64,000 nucleotides of DNA from Tubiluchus corallicola (lineage: Eukaryota > Animalia > Priapulida), in contig JAQGDQ010000112.1 of NCBI GenBank assembly GCA_030141605.1, forward strand, positions 549,225-613,224, in the 5' to 3' direction. Position numbers and translations under genes: made by a program. Numbering within the stretch: position 1 is the stretch's first letter; the number at the start of each line of letters is the position of its first letter. The notes under the pieces are model-generated. The model ran no database searches, was not told the origin of the DNA, and saw only the letters and a program-made list of their open reading frames with translations. This document shows, in pieces, positions 1-54,176 of the stretch.

Positions 1-110
1 AAAATACATATGCTTAATAGGACAGTACTCAAACTACATATACTTACTTGATCATGCTCAAAATACATGTGCCTACTTGACCGTACTCAAAATATATATG
101 ATTACTTGTG
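1..110. repeat. Degenerate ~29-30 bp tandem repeat, about 3.5 units
   Basis: Recurring aaaatacatatg.ttacttga...tactc units. Confidence 0.6.
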
Positions 111-837
111 CACAAACTTGTCAAAACTGTGACCCAGCCATCAGGATTTAAGTGATTTTCAGTTGTTGCTAACATTACATCCATTGTGCTAACATTATTG
201 CATGTGTTCTTGCTGTGTTTGACTTATTTCAATTTTTTATTTTTCTAAAAGAACATATTTCTTTGCAGCTTTTCTGCCATGATGGTATATTCGTTCTTTT
301 CCAAATAAACTGCACATTTCATAGTAATTCTGTCAGCATCATCATCATCATCATATGCCCATCACGTCTTCAGTAGACACTGGGCAGGCAGAATTCTTAA
401 GTAAAAGAAATCTGCTCTTCAGATAGTTAAATGTAGCAGTTATCTAGCAAAAAACTAGACACTGCTATGCCAGTGTCTTAATGCACTACTTCTGGACAAA
501 ATAATTCTGTACTGTAATTTGAATACCATAAGTTAAAGTTTAGCATAACCTATTTAACTTTTCAAATGAAAATCCAAATAAACTGAAAGCCATACATTCA
601 GTTGTTTTCTTAATGCAAGCACATCATCTAAGTTACGATAAAAGATTACTTATATTTTGCAAAAGGATTAGTTTAGAGCTTTACTTGTAATGTGCACTGT
701 AATTTGAACTGTGATTTCAGTTTAGTTTAAAAAATTAAATCTCTCCATTGAATCAATGTTGTTTAGCATGTGTTATGGTAGATTAACGATGACTTAATGG
801 CAAGATGATTTTTGTATAGTTTTGTAACTTATTTCAG

Positions 838-1031
838 GCCAATATATTGTGTAACTATAAATGCAAATGTAAAGACTGTAAGAACTATGAATCAAACGAG
901 GAGAGAAAGTGCTTAACTGCAATGATGGATGTTGCAAATTCCAATTATGAACATCAGGGACCAATTCAGGCGAGTAAAGCAGTCAGTTCATTCCAGCGTA
1001 GATCAGGACGATCACCAACTAACAGAGAATT
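838..1031 (+). CDS. LIN54: LIN54 penultimate coding exon (CRC2 end)
   Basis: AG at 836-837, GT at 1032; CxxxCKCxxCKN motif. Confidence 0.9.
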
Positions 1032-2413
1032 GTAAGCTCAGTTTCATTTTGCGCAATTATTTCTCTACGATTTTTATAGTTCAAGAATAATTAAACAATT
1101 TAGAGCTGTCACAGGTGCAAATTCGAGTTCTTATTGTATTCCAGGTCCTCATTAGACTCCTCACTCACAAAGTCCAAGTTCAAATCCTTTATTTTTTTTA
1201 TTTCAAGGTAAAGTGTCGCTTATATTGAGGTGCAACTGACTATTTCTTTTAAGCATAACAAATGTTAAAAATAATTATTGAATTACATAAAACTTATTGT
1301 ATTTGAGAAATATTGATGTATTTAATGTCGCTGAAGATAATTTATGGGGTGCATCTTTATAATCGTAGAGACAGATTGTGCAAAAAGGGGGAACTCGAAG
1401 AAATAACTGGAATTGACAGATTTAGGGAGCACTATGAGCTCTTTTTGACACCAGTGGGATTTGCACAAGCCATCCGTGTAATTAGAAAAATATTGTGGCT
1501 ATTTTATTCTAAATTTGTTGTTTAACTAATTGAGCAGTTTCATCTAATTTGCCGATAACTACTTTTTAAGTTTTAGCATATCTAATTAAATCACGTGCTG
1601 CTTTGCAGCTTCTTGAATGATGATTTTGGAAGCCATTTTATTTTACGATTAGTCAGAAAGTTTTATTTTTTGAATCTTACACCATTTTCATTTGTATAAT
1701 TTGCATGTCTTTTTTCAGATTAACTAAAATTTGCACAGCAGGCCTATATAATGTGTTACAATTTGCCCGTTACAAGAGTAGTACATGAGAACGTAGTCTT
1801 TGTCATTGACTGCTAAATGAGCTGTAATTAGCAATCAATTAATTTTTTCTTAATAGTTGTGTTTGTTATACATGTGTATTAGTTGTGTATTTCGAAGATT
1901 GCTTCGGTCCCTTTTTTATTTCTTTTTTTAATTTTCTACAAAATTGTTGATAATGTAGCTTGTACATCGAACCTCGAATCATTACTTTTCCGCTTACCAA
2001 GTTTTCAGCCTTCATGTTCGTGTTTGTCTGTGACCTTATATTTCTCTTGACCAATGTCCGACTTTGGCCTTAGTATTGACTTTTATCTTGACCTTAATGT
2101 TGCCCTTTGTCTTTCATTTTTGGTACTAAGTGCGTACCACATTTTTTCATTTTATTTTACATTTAGGCTTCCATTTTCATTCATCACACGTGAAGTCATT
2201 GAAGCAACCTGCTCATGCATGATGGCTCAAGGTCAAGAAGCTGAACAGGCTGGTATTTCTCGCGCTATGACGGAACAAATCATTTTGAAGGAGTTTGGGC
2301 AGTGCCTATCTCAGATCATCGAATACGCACGTAAGACTTATGGAGAACAGCACATTCCGACAATGGATTGTAGTGATTCCATCTTTCAACCTGCAGAACA
2401 ATGTGAGTGTTAG
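838..2413 (+). CDS. LIN54: LIN54/tesmin (Mip120) CRC-domain DREAM/MuvB subunit, last two coding exons (5' part lies outside the window)
   Basis: Exon 838-1031 (tttcag|...|gtaagc) encodes [24 protein letters not shown], the end of the second CRC cysteine cluster. Exon 2167-2413 (tttag|) encodes [27 protein letters not shown]...[16 protein letters not shown], matching the LIN54 C-terminal region. Phases are compatible (TT|G = Leu) and the stop TAG is at 2411-2413. Confidence 0.9.
2167..2413 (+). CDS. LIN54: LIN54 terminal coding exon
   Basis: Polypyrimidine tract plus AG at 2165-2166; LPFSFIT..EATC..EFGQCL; TAG 2411-2413. Confidence 0.9.
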
Positions 2414-2591
2414 TGTAGTGATTCCATCTTTCAACCTGCAGAACAATGTGAGTGTTAGTGTGGTGATTCCATCTTATAACTTGCTTGGCAATGTGAGTGT
2501 TAGTGTAGTGATTCCGTCTTTCAACCTGCAGGACAATGTGAGTGTTAGTGTAGTGATTCCATCTTTCATGCTGCCGAACAATGAGTATTAG
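2369..2591 (+). repeat. 45-bp tandem repeat, 5 units, spanning the LIN54 stop codon
   Basis: Unit tgtagtgattccatctttcaacctgcagaacaatgtgagtgttag starts at 2369, 2414, 2459, 2504 and 2549 (last unit diverged). Confidence 0.95.
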
Positions 2592-2975
2592 ACAAGAATG
2601 GCCTTTGTGATGTTGAGTCCCCATGAAATTTGAATTTTTACAATGTTGGGTTTTACTGCATACTATTTTTTCCCAAAAATTGCTTGGAATCTTTTCTCTT
2701 TTTGCTTGTTAAATGCTTCTTAGTGATAACGTGTAAAATTAGAATATTTGAATTTGCAGAATTTGTCAAGAGAATTGTTGGAAAAGTTGTATTTGTTTAT
2801 CAGCCACTTATGATTATTGAACCAATTGCTCTCAGTGTCATTTTATAACAGTGTAAAGGTGTAATACTATTTACACATTTATACCAAAGTAAATCACACC
2901 TGTCTGCTAAAGCTGTCTAAACAATTGGTATGAAAAGTATTTATATCTCTAGACATATCCGCATCCGAATGTAAC

Positions 2976-3146
2976 AAATGAGGACATCTTATGACTGTGT
3001 TGCAGGGTAACTAATGCTATTTTTGACTATTTGTATATTACTATGAAAGTCTATGGGTAAAAATGAGGATATCTTATGACTGTATTGCAGGGTAACTAAT
3101 GCTATTTTTGACTATTTGTATATTACTATGAAAGTCTATGGGTAAA
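2976..3146. repeat. 85-bp tandem duplication in the probable LIN54 3' UTR
   Basis: aaatgagga(c/t)atcttatgactgt...gaaagtctatgggtaaa at 2976 and 3061. Confidence 0.9.
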
Positions 3147-3544
3147 GTGCCAACTTTGCAGTTTAAGGCCATACACTTCATACGTAGTGTCTTGTATATG
3201 TTTGCTAAACACTGCATAATAAACAAATTACAATTTTCTGCATTACCATTTATTATGGCACAGCACACCAAAATTTTGCATAATATTTAGCAATGGTTAT
3301 CTGTCTTTTGTGAAACTTATTCTACAGAGTAAAAATACGAGTGCCGTATTTTGTATCAGGTTCTGGGAAACTGATGAAAATATGTAAGTGGCAGCTGCAG
3401 CTCTCTCTATGTTGAGTGCTGCTACTGTTGCTGCTTATCACATATCCCAGAATGAAGCCAAAATTCTTGAAATCTAATTTGTGTTCTTTTTTGTTTTGTT
3501 CTATTATTATATTCTATTTTTGAGTGAGTTCTTCTTGTTATTTT

Positions 3545-3960
3545 ATTTTTGAATTATTGTGTGAAACAGAACTATGCTTTGTATGATTGTTGAATTTATG
3601 TTGTTTTTATTTACACATGTGCAACTTACTTTATAATATTTTTTACTGCCTGTGCAGTAAAGTACTGCAATGCGGTATCAAAACTCCCCAAAACTAAATT
3701 GTTTTTGCTTTGCTTTTACTGCAATTTATTTTTATTGAATTATCAATTATTCTGTTTTTGAATTATTGTATGATCGTTGAATTTTTGGTGTTTTTATTTA
3801 TACATGTATGCAACACATTTTGTGCATTTTTTTTACTGCCTATGCCAGCAGTACCGAAAGGATGCCAAAATTCCTAAAGGCAATTTGCTTTTTTTTGGAT
3901 TCTTTTTTTAAAGGAACAATCCTAATTATTTTATTTTTGAATTATTATATGAATTATTGC
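3545..3960. repeat. Old diverged ~200-bp tandem duplication
   Basis: Blocks tttttgaattattgt...gttgaattt...acatgt...ttttactgcct recur at about 3546 and 3755. Confidence 0.6.
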
Positions 3961-4018
3961 ACTTTGCTTTCCTTGGTATGATTGTTGGCGTATTCATTTT
4001 TTTCTTACTGATGTATAA

Positions 4019-4581
4019 CAGTGTCTCAAAGTGATGTCTTTTCCAGTTCTCAGAAACCACATTTATTTCATTTTATCATTTATAAAATAGTACTAATGTA
4101 ATTCTTACAGTTACCATTGCATTTTTCAAAATGCAACCCATTACATTTAGAAATTACACTGACGAAACATAACTATTTACAGCTACAATTCCTTTTCTGC
4201 CATCAAAAAAGTTAAAAGTAAGCAGTTACAGTTGCTGTTTTTTGAATTAGTAACTGTTATTTGAAGTTATATATCTGAAGTTTGAAGTCTCGTGTGGGTA
4301 TGAGACCATTGAAATTCATCCTAGAATGAATTTATATAGCTGATTTGCGCTTTAACAATAATCGACTGTACTGTAGGTATAGTTGATAAACACCTGGTTT
4401 GACTCTAGTCAAATTTAACAGTAAAAGTAGCTGTTATTTCTGTTACAGATTACAAAAAAAGAACTAGACACAGTTACAAATTACTTCTAAAAAATTGTAA
4501 CTTATTACAGTTTGTCATTTCACAATTTTGGAAAGATTTTTTGGAACTAGTTACATGCAATGCGTTACCCCCATAACATTG
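4019..4581. mobile_element. Degenerate hAT-like MITE rich in gtaact/agttac subterminal repeats
   Basis: Right end reverse-complements to caatgttatgggggtaacgcattgcatgtaact; many agttac/gtaact hexamers inside. Confidence 0.5.
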
Positions 4582-7500
4582 TATTTTATATTTATATGAA
4601 TTAGCCTTCTGCTTGTTATGATTGTTAAAGTTTTTGAGCTTTTTGCATGATATATAATTTAAGGTATATAAGTTTTTGTTTACATTTACTAATGTTCTGT
4701 GGTACTTCTATGTCTACAATTTTACCTTTTGTAAGTTTGTTCATTGTAGTACAGTATTGGTTTTCTGATCAGTTTTTCGTTCCTATGCAACTTTCCTAGT
4801 TTTAGAACAACTTTGGTATTGTAGCATGTTTTTGAGTGTCTCATAATATTATGTTGTAGCATGCTCAGTTTTTAGCTAGGTTCGTCTTAGTGAATAAGTC
4901 TTGCCTAATGTCAGTGGTAACAATGATAATAGTTACTCTACAGAAATAAAAAAGCTACCTCCAATTTTGTATGATGTATGTAATAGAAGTATGTTTCTAT
5001 AACCATTTTAGCCTTATAGTACATATTTCTGGAGCAGACAGTGTACATTCTGCAGATGTTTTGATTATGTAGTTTTCCATATTTTCCAGATTGCTGAACT
5101 TTAAGCAATGTAAACCAGTTAGTTTTTTTTATTTCAAAACTATATTGTGGAACTATTTTATATGTGCATAGTAAACATCTGTTTGACGGTACGTCACATT
5201 TTTATTTCCTTATTTCATTTTGTTTTGTAAACATTTTTGCGAGTTTATTTTGAATTTTTATTGGAAACTAATAAATAATTCTTGTAAAATTACTATCAAT
5301 GGTATTTATACTATTCTATCTATCTATCTATGCTAGTATAATTGTAATTATTAACTGCATTTATAATAAACTTTTATTTTATTACAAAAGAATACTGAGC
5401 AACAGTAATAACAGTGGTAGTAGCCTAATAATAGTAGTAAACTATATTTGTGGTAGCTAGCAGTAATGATGGCAATGAGAGTAATAGCAATAGCTGCAGC
5501 AACAACAGCAATGCTAATGTCATCATCAACAACTACAGCTGTCGGTAAAGGTATGTTACAAAGCTATTATTTTGACAATGGTATTGGATTTTACCTGAAA
5601 CATCATGCCTGTCCGTTAGTTGAATATTAACCACATTTTTAAAATTATATTTTATTACTGACCAAAGTGCTTGTTTGACATTGCCAGAAAATTGCTAAGT
5701 CTATGTTTCAAGATTATTAAGAATAGAGTTACAAAATCCTAGTGAGATTCTAAACATAAAGAAATATTTTAAGCTCCTACATGTAGATTAATATTATTCA
5801 TTTTTGTTCTTATTGGATATTGTATGAGCTAGTAAACTTTTAAAATAAGGTGGTGACGCCATGGTTTGGAGAAACGGTATAAAACAGGTGAGCGTTACCA
5901 GCGTAGCAGCGTAAACACGTCTGCTCAGGTTGGAAACCAGTTTGTCCATTGATCATTGAGCATTCAGCATTTGAGCATTGACCATTGAGTATTGCATGCA
6001 GAAGGCATCTGGATGTAATGACGAGGCAATTTCATGGCATGCATGAAGGTGTCATAAGTTGGATTTATTTGAGGATGCTGTTGCATGATATCTTTAGTGT
6101 GCTGTAATTCTGATGAATAATCTTCAAGAGAACTAAAGTCCTCAAGAACATGTTACATTATAATTCTAATAATTATAACATATATCATGTGTTATAATTA
6201 ACGTTATCAATGATTAATCACCATCATCGTCGCCAACAAGAAACAACCTTTCTTTGCGAGGCTTCCGCTGTCACAGTTAAGCTGCAGTAAGCTGTCTTTA
6301 TGCTTTGATTTACAAGGCATGAAATTTGGTTTGCAGATTTATAGTGATCAGGATGAAATTATGCCAGATATTTATCTTACACAGTACTTAACCAATCGCA
6401 GTTTGTTGGCTGATGAATTCGAGCAATGATCGTTCTCAGCAGGGATTCTTGCCTAATTCTTTCAAATATGCTTGTAGTTGCTCATAATTGCTTTTAGTCT
6501 GAACTGCAGAGCCAGTTTGGTGTTGCATTGTCATTAATGGCTTTTGTTGAAACTTTGTAATAGGCCTATGACATGATGTGAATGTCATTTATTTCATTAA
6601 TTCAGATTTATTAATGTAAAATAATTCTAAGTAATTATCATCACTGTAGATCGACAGGGCGAAATCTATAAGTAGGCTTTTTGCCCATGGTTGTCTCTCT
6701 TTGATAAACCTCTGTTATTTGTTTTAGCACAAGTTTTCGCTCTCGCGTTTTATAATTATGTAATCTCTCAAGTGGAAGTGCTGCCTAACGTTATAATGTT
6801 AACAAGATTTGCTTATCAAAATAAAGCAGACAGCAGCTCTGTGGGGTGGACGCTTGATAGCCACATGGTCTTTTTCCACCCTTGTCTCTCTGTCGTTCTG
6901 CACCCTGATTTATTATTAATTACTAATTCGTTATTGTATTATAAATTTTATGTATTGGAGAAATTAATAAATTCATTTCAGTTTAATTTTGTAGTAGTTG
7001 TGTTGACTGCTCACGCAAAAATGCGCTTCATCGGAATAGATATTATATGCCCATCCCCAATCCTTCCTTGGTTCAGGTGACCAGTTGTCAGTGTGCCACA
7101 AATAATGTTTTCCGGAAATAAAATGAACGTGAACAAAAATTCGATGTAATGACCACTTGCCGTTCCATCATTGGAACTCTTAGCAGATTTCCTGACGTCA
7201 CCAATATTATGTTTCTGCAAGTTTTCTTATTTTTCTCTTAAGGGGTTTAAACTACAGAAATTGCGACTGTTTTTTCTAGTTTCAATAGTTACGTATGTTT
7301 AGTAATCTACTGCCTTTTCATACTTGCAGGTAAATTCAGTAATTCGTCTCTGTATGGTATTTTAATAATTGCTAATGTGTATTAATTTCGTTCATGGAAA
7401 CTGTTCAGTAATTATTGTGAAATTCCTCAAACTCAAACTGGGTTAAAGTAATTAACCTGGTGCGATAGTGTTGTTTTCTAGAATAAATTGAAATGAAAGT

Positions 7501-7769
7501 CTAAGGAATAATGCCAGGCGTCCAGAACCAGAGGATTTGAAAATTACAGTCACAGATATTCTGGTAAAATCCGGAAACTTAAGACGCCTTAAAGGCGCTA
7601 TTACACTTTCGCACCGCCTAGCTTTTTATAGGTTATTACTCGTTTTTAGGCTCGTAAGTCATCATTCTATTATTCTTACGTCATCAGTGAATGTTTCCGC
7701 TAATCTAATTGTAATTTAATCTTATTTAGGCATAATTACCAATAATTACGCTGTATTCACAGTTCGACA

Positions 7770-8139
7770 CAGTATCGCCATCTTGTTTGTGTGTGTGGTC
7801 ACGTGACGAATTTCGTACTAGTTTATGCATTATCAGGGCCTAGCTTAAAAGGCATGTGACACACTTTCATCTTCACCGCATTTACGAAATAAAGAAAAAA
7901 CCTTTACTTTTTTATAATCTAATAGTGATAATACTACAGTAATAAATAAAATTAATGATAAATAACTGTAGTGGTCTAAAATAATTTCCCGCGATACGAT
8001 ACAAACTCCCGTAGCTGCAACCCTAATAATCATAAATTATGCGAAGAAACTAAAAATACAGGTTAAGGGCCAACACGTCACTGTGCGAGAGCGATTGCGC
8101 AGCAGTGATGTAAACACGGTTATTCACGTGCAGCTTTTA
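7770..8139. promoter_or_regulatory. CpG-enriched, possibly bidirectional promoter, probably of JNK
   Basis: YY1-like CGCCATCTTG 7776-7785, palindromic E-box GTCACGTGAC 7798-7807, E2F-like TTTCCCGCG 7985-7993, CRE half-site ACGTCA ~8075-8080, CACGTG 8125-8130, and AATGGCGGC at the ATG. Local CpG density is well above the flanks. Confidence 0.55.
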
Positions 8140-41141
<33,002 letters not shown>

Positions 41142-43501
41142 CTAGAGGTGACATCTAGTGGCTAGTGTTGCAGTCTTGCAACACTGGTGATCTCCCACGT
41201 GCAACTTCTGTAAGCTGGTGCTGTGAGCGTACTCTCATTGGACGCATACATTTTTTAATGCTTGTAAATTGTGAAATACTTTGCCAGTTTTGTAATGCTT
41301 TGTTTATGTTAGTTTCTGTTTTTACCAAGGTTTCACATTATCACTTGTGTATTAACTGTCATTCTTTGACTGAAATTGGGTCACCGTGAAGCATGCTACT
41401 GTGATTACGATAATTTTCAAGGAAATTGAGTACCAGTATTTGAGAGAGAGCGGGATAGTTATGAAACCTAGAATAATCAGTTAACAAAATACAAAAAAGT
41501 AAAACATTTTATTTGTCTTCGTGAGCAAACATACAGAACAGCACAACACAAGAATGCATTCCTTCTGGAAAATGGAATTTTTCCTATTCTTTTTCTTCCC
41601 ATTCTCCGAGAACAGTTTTTTTAAATAGTATCTGTGCTATCGATTTCTTTTTAACAATAATTATTTTGGTAAGCTTTAATAAGAAGTCTTAAATAACAAT
41701 GACAAATGTAGTTAGAAAGATTGTGAAACTGCTAAAACCTTTTTAGTAACCCTTTCCATCAACCCAGTATAATGAATTTTTTCTTTAAGTCGATATTTAA
41801 CTGGTTTTGAGCCACAGTGTTTACACTGTTGAACTTATTTCCATGTGATGAACAAGTAGATGTCATTTTCTATTTTTGTATAGCCCTTGACATCTGAGAT
41901 ACTTCAGTTTGGAATCCACTTTCTGCACACGGATATAACATATAAATTTTGTATTTCTTTCTCATGAAAGTTATTGCTGATAGACTCCACATGTCTCCCA
42001 GCACTCCGTGTTTTACATTTCATCTTATTCTAGTCAATTTTTCGCCAAATTTCTTGTTGATGAAGAGGTATATTGAGAATGAATGATATTAATGGTACTG
42101 CTGTTTTTTGATATTAAAGCTACTGGAGCTTTAGATGACTGTCAGATTTTCTACAGTTGCAATGTGTAAATTAAGCTGTTCAAGTTCATGCATTCTTACG
42201 ACAGTTTCAACAAATAGTTTTCAGCACTTGATTCTGTGACCACTTTTCACACGTATTCTTTTTGGTTAGCCTATAAACAGGCATTCCGTGTAACTTGTAT
42301 TGTCCTGTTTCATGTCATTTTTAAAGATAGTTTTTAGCCTGGAAATAACCCTACTCCTTTCTTAAGTTCGGATAAGTGGGGTGCATGACTTCAGAACTGT
42401 AAGCTGGTGGAAGTCCATGACACCAGTTTGCTCGTATATTTCTGATTTCTGAGTTATGATTTAAATGCAGCACATGTCATAATTATGTGAAGAAAGCTGT
42501 TTTAATTTTGACTTCTTATATAGAAGGTCTAGTTATCTTTCGTTTTTGTCACTGGGGGGGGGGGGATCACTCTGTAATGATGATGATTTCACATTTGCAT
42601 GGCAGCTGCAGCTACATGGTTCAGTGTAACTACTGCATTGGTACTTTGATCTCAATATTTGGGATGCTGTCTTTTGTTTATACGTGCCACGGCTATCTAG
42701 AGCAGACTAGTTCTAGAGGGGCCATGTTTGTGTAACAACTGCGTATGAAGGATCTTTTGTAAGATATACTGCCATTTGTATTGAGAGACAAGAGCTCTTG
42801 GCTGAAATTACTGATTGTAATTGAACTAGCTTTTAACCGTCAGTTGATTTGATTGCCAGAAAATGTAATCGCTATATTTTTAGGATTTCTCTGTAGTTTA
42901 TAGCACAATTTATTTGGCTTTGTTCCAATGGCTACTTATTTCAACACATTTGTCTTTTTTCATCAGAATTGGTTATGGCTCACTCTTAATAATCTTCTTT
43001 ATCTTTTGTACTGAAGAAGGAAGAGAGATGTAAAACTTTTTAGACAGTTTAGTTCTAATTGACAAAGCTGTGTGGTTTTTACTTAACAGGTTTTAAATAT
43101 GTTACTTAAATCTTGCTAATACATTTATTTGATGAGATGTTTTGTCATGATCATGTTCGGTTTAACCTCCTGTTATTATGTATAGCAGCAAATTATTGCA
43201 TTATGCAGTACATCTTGTTATTTTGTTATTTTTATTATAATTATGACAAACGCTAATTAATATTTATAACTGTTTTGTAAATACGTTAGACGATGGCGCA
43301 TCTGTACAATGAGGGAGTTTTTATGATCACAGTAACGGCTGTGTTTTCCTCACGGTCACAAGTATGTGTAGACTGTGAATATTTATTGATATTAATATGA
43401 CTTTTAATACACATCACTTTATAATAGTGAAAGACTGAGCATGACAATGTTTTAGATGACCATGCCGTCATGCAGAATTGTAGTATTCGTAAATGAATAT
43501 T

Positions 43502-43507
43502 AATAAA
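43502..43507 (+). terminator. Candidate JNK polyadenylation signal
   Basis: AATAAA followed by a T/GT-rich stretch, upstream of the UBE2D promoter; implies a ~2.4-kb 3' UTR. Confidence 0.4.
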
Positions 43508-44139
43508 CTGTGATAGACAGAAAGCAAATTATTGTATTCAAGCTTTAGGTTGTTTAAATTTTTCTGGGTGAGTAATCACCATGTTATTTTTATACTATTT
43601 GCCATAATGCAAGGCGAAATGAAGCACGCACTGGGAGGCCTGCTTGATGTTGATGTTTTTGGGTCAAGATCAAGACTAATCTTGATGAACTACTGAGTTA
43701 GCAACGGTGATTGTCCAAGTTCAAATGTGAATACTCTTAATGAGCTATAACCAATTGTGGTTAATGAAGCCACCAAAAGTGACTGATAAAACTCAGCAGT
43801 CACCCACTATTCATTGACGAACTTTGGCTTTGTTTGCTGAGCACGCACCAAGACCAGTTGGCCATTCCCTCCCCTCAAATATGAATTGAGTGTTTGTAAA
43901 CAGCATTCTGAATGTACATGCTGTACTACAGTTGTATTTAATGTGTGCACTCATCATCATTGACACTGGCCCTCGACTTAGGAATAATATCAATGAATAC
44001 ATAAAAAACTCTACATCTGTATTAATAACTTCATTTGAAATTTTAAAAATGAAATTTCTAATTATATAGAATAAATCAATTTGACTATTTCAGCTGTATC
44101 TGCCAAAATTCATCTTGTTAAATAAGACAAGAAAAGACC

Positions 44140-44750
44140 AAGCCTGGCTATGTCGATTTCTATAGTATACGTCACTTCCTATTGTTACTATCAAATCGTT
44201 CTTTCTATTCTCATTCAACTTTTCCTTTCTGCTTCTTTATTTCCGCTTTTTCTTTTTCTCAGCTGCATTCATTTGTGGTACTCGCAACAAGTGAATAATC
44301 CTTAAGCACTCCATAGGCCATTTCCATCTTGGCATTTTGGGTATATAACAAATGTTATTACAATACATCACGTCTTTCGAAATGCGATGGTATAATGGTT
44401 TTTGTGGAAGTATTTAATAAATAAATAAATTATATTGCTGATGGTGCAAGCCCACAACTGAATGAATTTTGAAACCAAATTAGAATTCTAGAACCTGGAA
44501 TTGAAAGCTGAACTGAATAGTGAACACCGAAAGTAAGTAACCATCAAGGCTCTAGCGTGGTCGAAGTAGAAAACAGAAATTCATTAGATAACAGGCGCGA
44601 AGAGAATACATATCACCTCAGCTGACTCATTTGTGCACAGTGGCGAGTTGTTACAGTTTTGCACAAAGCGATAAGAAAAATTTTGTATGAGCAAATTCTG
44701 CGAAGTTTTAAGATTTAGTGTATCATTTGATCTAGTGTTCGAGTGTTCCT
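44140..44750 (+). promoter_or_regulatory. UBE2D promoter / 5' UTR region
   Basis: CRE-ETS composite acgtcacttcc at ~44169, E2F-like ggcgcgaa at ~44594, CpG enrichment upstream of ATG 44751. Confidence 0.45.
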
Positions 44751-51792
<7,042 letters not shown>

Positions 51793-54176
51793 TTCACATA
51801 GTGCATTCTGGGTAGAGACACTGTACGAACAAGAGGAAAAATTGGCTGTCCATCTTATAAAAAATTGTTTCGCTTCTCAAGCAACTACACTGCTAGTCTT
51901 GTGATTAATTCTTCTGTTTCATGACTTGTATATTCCTGTTGACTTTTTCATGTGTGGCTCGTCATGCAGTAACACAGAATTGTGGTAATAGCAGCAGCTG
52001 TCATCATACATGTAAATGCGGCATTTGTTTTTGAAGACAAAATCGTGTGAAAAGGTGTTGTCCATTGACATCTGCCTTAAATATAGCTCAGTTCTCAGAA
52101 TCTGCAGTTTACGTTACATTGGTCATTCTCTCGGTAGCCGGTATCATACACAATTCAAACGACTGTCAACAAGCTGAACCAGCTGCCATGTTATTGATAA
52201 TTCACCACCAGGAATTGAATATTTTACCAGGTTCTGATGTTGGCTGACTGAAGTTGTACTAACCGAGTTTCCTTCAATTGTTTTGTATAAATTAAAGCTC
52301 TAAATTGACAACAAATTTTTTTACGTAGTTAGTTAAATAATTTGTGATTTTTTTCTAACTTCTTATGGAAGGAATTAGGTTAGTTGGAATACGTAAAAAT
52401 GCTAACTTAGTTTATTATCATTTTCAGTTTTTAGTTCGGCTTTCTGATTGTTGTCCTGTTCATAGTAGTTAAACTTTTGAAAGCCTAAGTACTGTAAGCA
52501 ACAAATTAATTTTAATTCACATAGATATGCTTCCTACGTTTGTAACAAATTGTATAAGCAGTTCTGTTGGCTTTATTTAGCACATAAATTTGTTTGTTTC
52601 TCATCAAAAGTTAAATGTAAATTTTAGCTGCTCTGTATAACTGTTAATTAGTTAGGTATTCTTGCTTTTTTGGGAGTTTTCATTTGGCTTTATGTTGAAA
52701 AATGATGAACAATTGCACACTGTCTAAATTATTTGTGGGCTCTTTTAAACTCGATATTAATCCTAGCTTATGTGGATCTTTCTTAAAAAAATGAATTCCT
52801 TTAGTTTTCTGGTGTTTAATCTTTATATAAATTAAGTAATTTAATATTTATGTAAATTAAGTATGGCTGTTACAGACACTTGAGTATCTTTGATTAACAT
52901 TAAATTTTATGTGCTTAACAACCAAGTATTTAAAATAAAAAAAATAATTTAATTTCGTAAGTATATTTGCCATCTGAAAATGACTCTTATTCATGTATAG
53001 TAATTTCAGGAGCGGGAAACTCCCTAAAGAATTTTCTCAAATACAAAGTGAAACAAAAGTAATAAAACTTTGCAACCTTTTGTCACGAAGCATCTAGTTA
53101 AATCTAAAAGTAATGTGTGATTGTAGATATTCAACTTAATGTGCAAATTCAAATTTCATGCAATAAACAAGCATTTGAAAAAGAAAATATTTTCTATTAT
53201 TTTTTGCAGTCCTCAGGTTGACTCTTAATTGTAATTGAAGTTTAAATAATCTTTTTCCTGGTTGGAAATTTGGCACAGGTGTAAAAATATGATTTGTTGA
53301 AAACATTAGTCTTGCACTGCAAATACTAGAGAGTATGTAATCATTTCCGTAATAGTGGTCCCATAAGATGATCAGTCCATTAAATAGTTAATTACATTCT
53401 TGTGGCTCTGCTTTCTAATAAGAATTTAAGTTTTTCTTCTACAGAACTACATTTTGAATAGTTAATAACTGTAAAAAAACATATAGGTTTATAGTACCAG
53501 TTGCTATATTTTTTATGATTACAAAGAGCATAAAGGATGCACACTAGACCTGTGCTATTTACTTCTAACTTGGCACATACTTTATGTCAGGCCTTTAATT
53601 TGATGTTATACCTGTGTGTTCATTTAAATTATGTTTTAAAAGTTACGTTTAATATGAAATAAAGTCTAATGTATCCTTAATTTTGTAATTAGAAAGCCAT
53701 ATTAAACGTATAGTATTAATGTAATAATAGAAGCCAATATGAAGAAAATAAGAATTTTTATTATTTATGTCTTTATCCATAATATGATGTCATTATTATA
53801 GTAAAATGCCTTAGTAGCAAAGAAACTTGTTTTATGCTCGTAATCACTCATTTTAACTGTCTGCTGTTATCTGTAGTGCTACTGCAACTGTTAACATTAA
53901 ACTGGTTCACAATATAATTTAATCTTTTGAAGGAGCTGTATTTGTGCATAGCATTTTGGCTTTTTTTATAAATATTAATTTCCTGAACTAGTTTCAATAA
54001 TGAGAGCTGCTTTATTAAAATTAGTGGTGCAATTATATCAGACAGGTGTCTTCTTTATATTTTTTGAAGGTTTGAAATCAAAAACAGAAAGACAATAATG
54101 TCCTGAGGCAAGTCGTTGCAACTGTTGAGTTCACTTTTGGTTTTCTTTTAATTTTTTTGCCATTTGAATATGGACG

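Noticed and set aside
2369-2591. CRISPR-like appearance of regular repeats (also 22245-22801 and 29607-29755)
   Set aside because: Units are contiguous with no unique spacers, there are no cas genes, and the context is eukaryotic.
2295-2624. Repetitive ORFs on both strands ([10 protein letters not shown]..., [10 protein letters not shown]...)
   Set aside because: By-products of the 45-bp tandem array, with no independent coding evidence.
5850-7220. Short minus-strand open frames (e.g. GKHYLWHTDNWSPEPRKDWGW, ELQHTKDIMQQHP) as a gene divergent from JNK
   Set aside because: No recognisable homology and no consistent splice-site or phase chain.
53671-53680. Second GTATCCTT U12 donor-like motif
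   Set aside because: Lies downstream of the UBE2D stop just after an AATAAA, with no adjacent exon or matching branch site seen.
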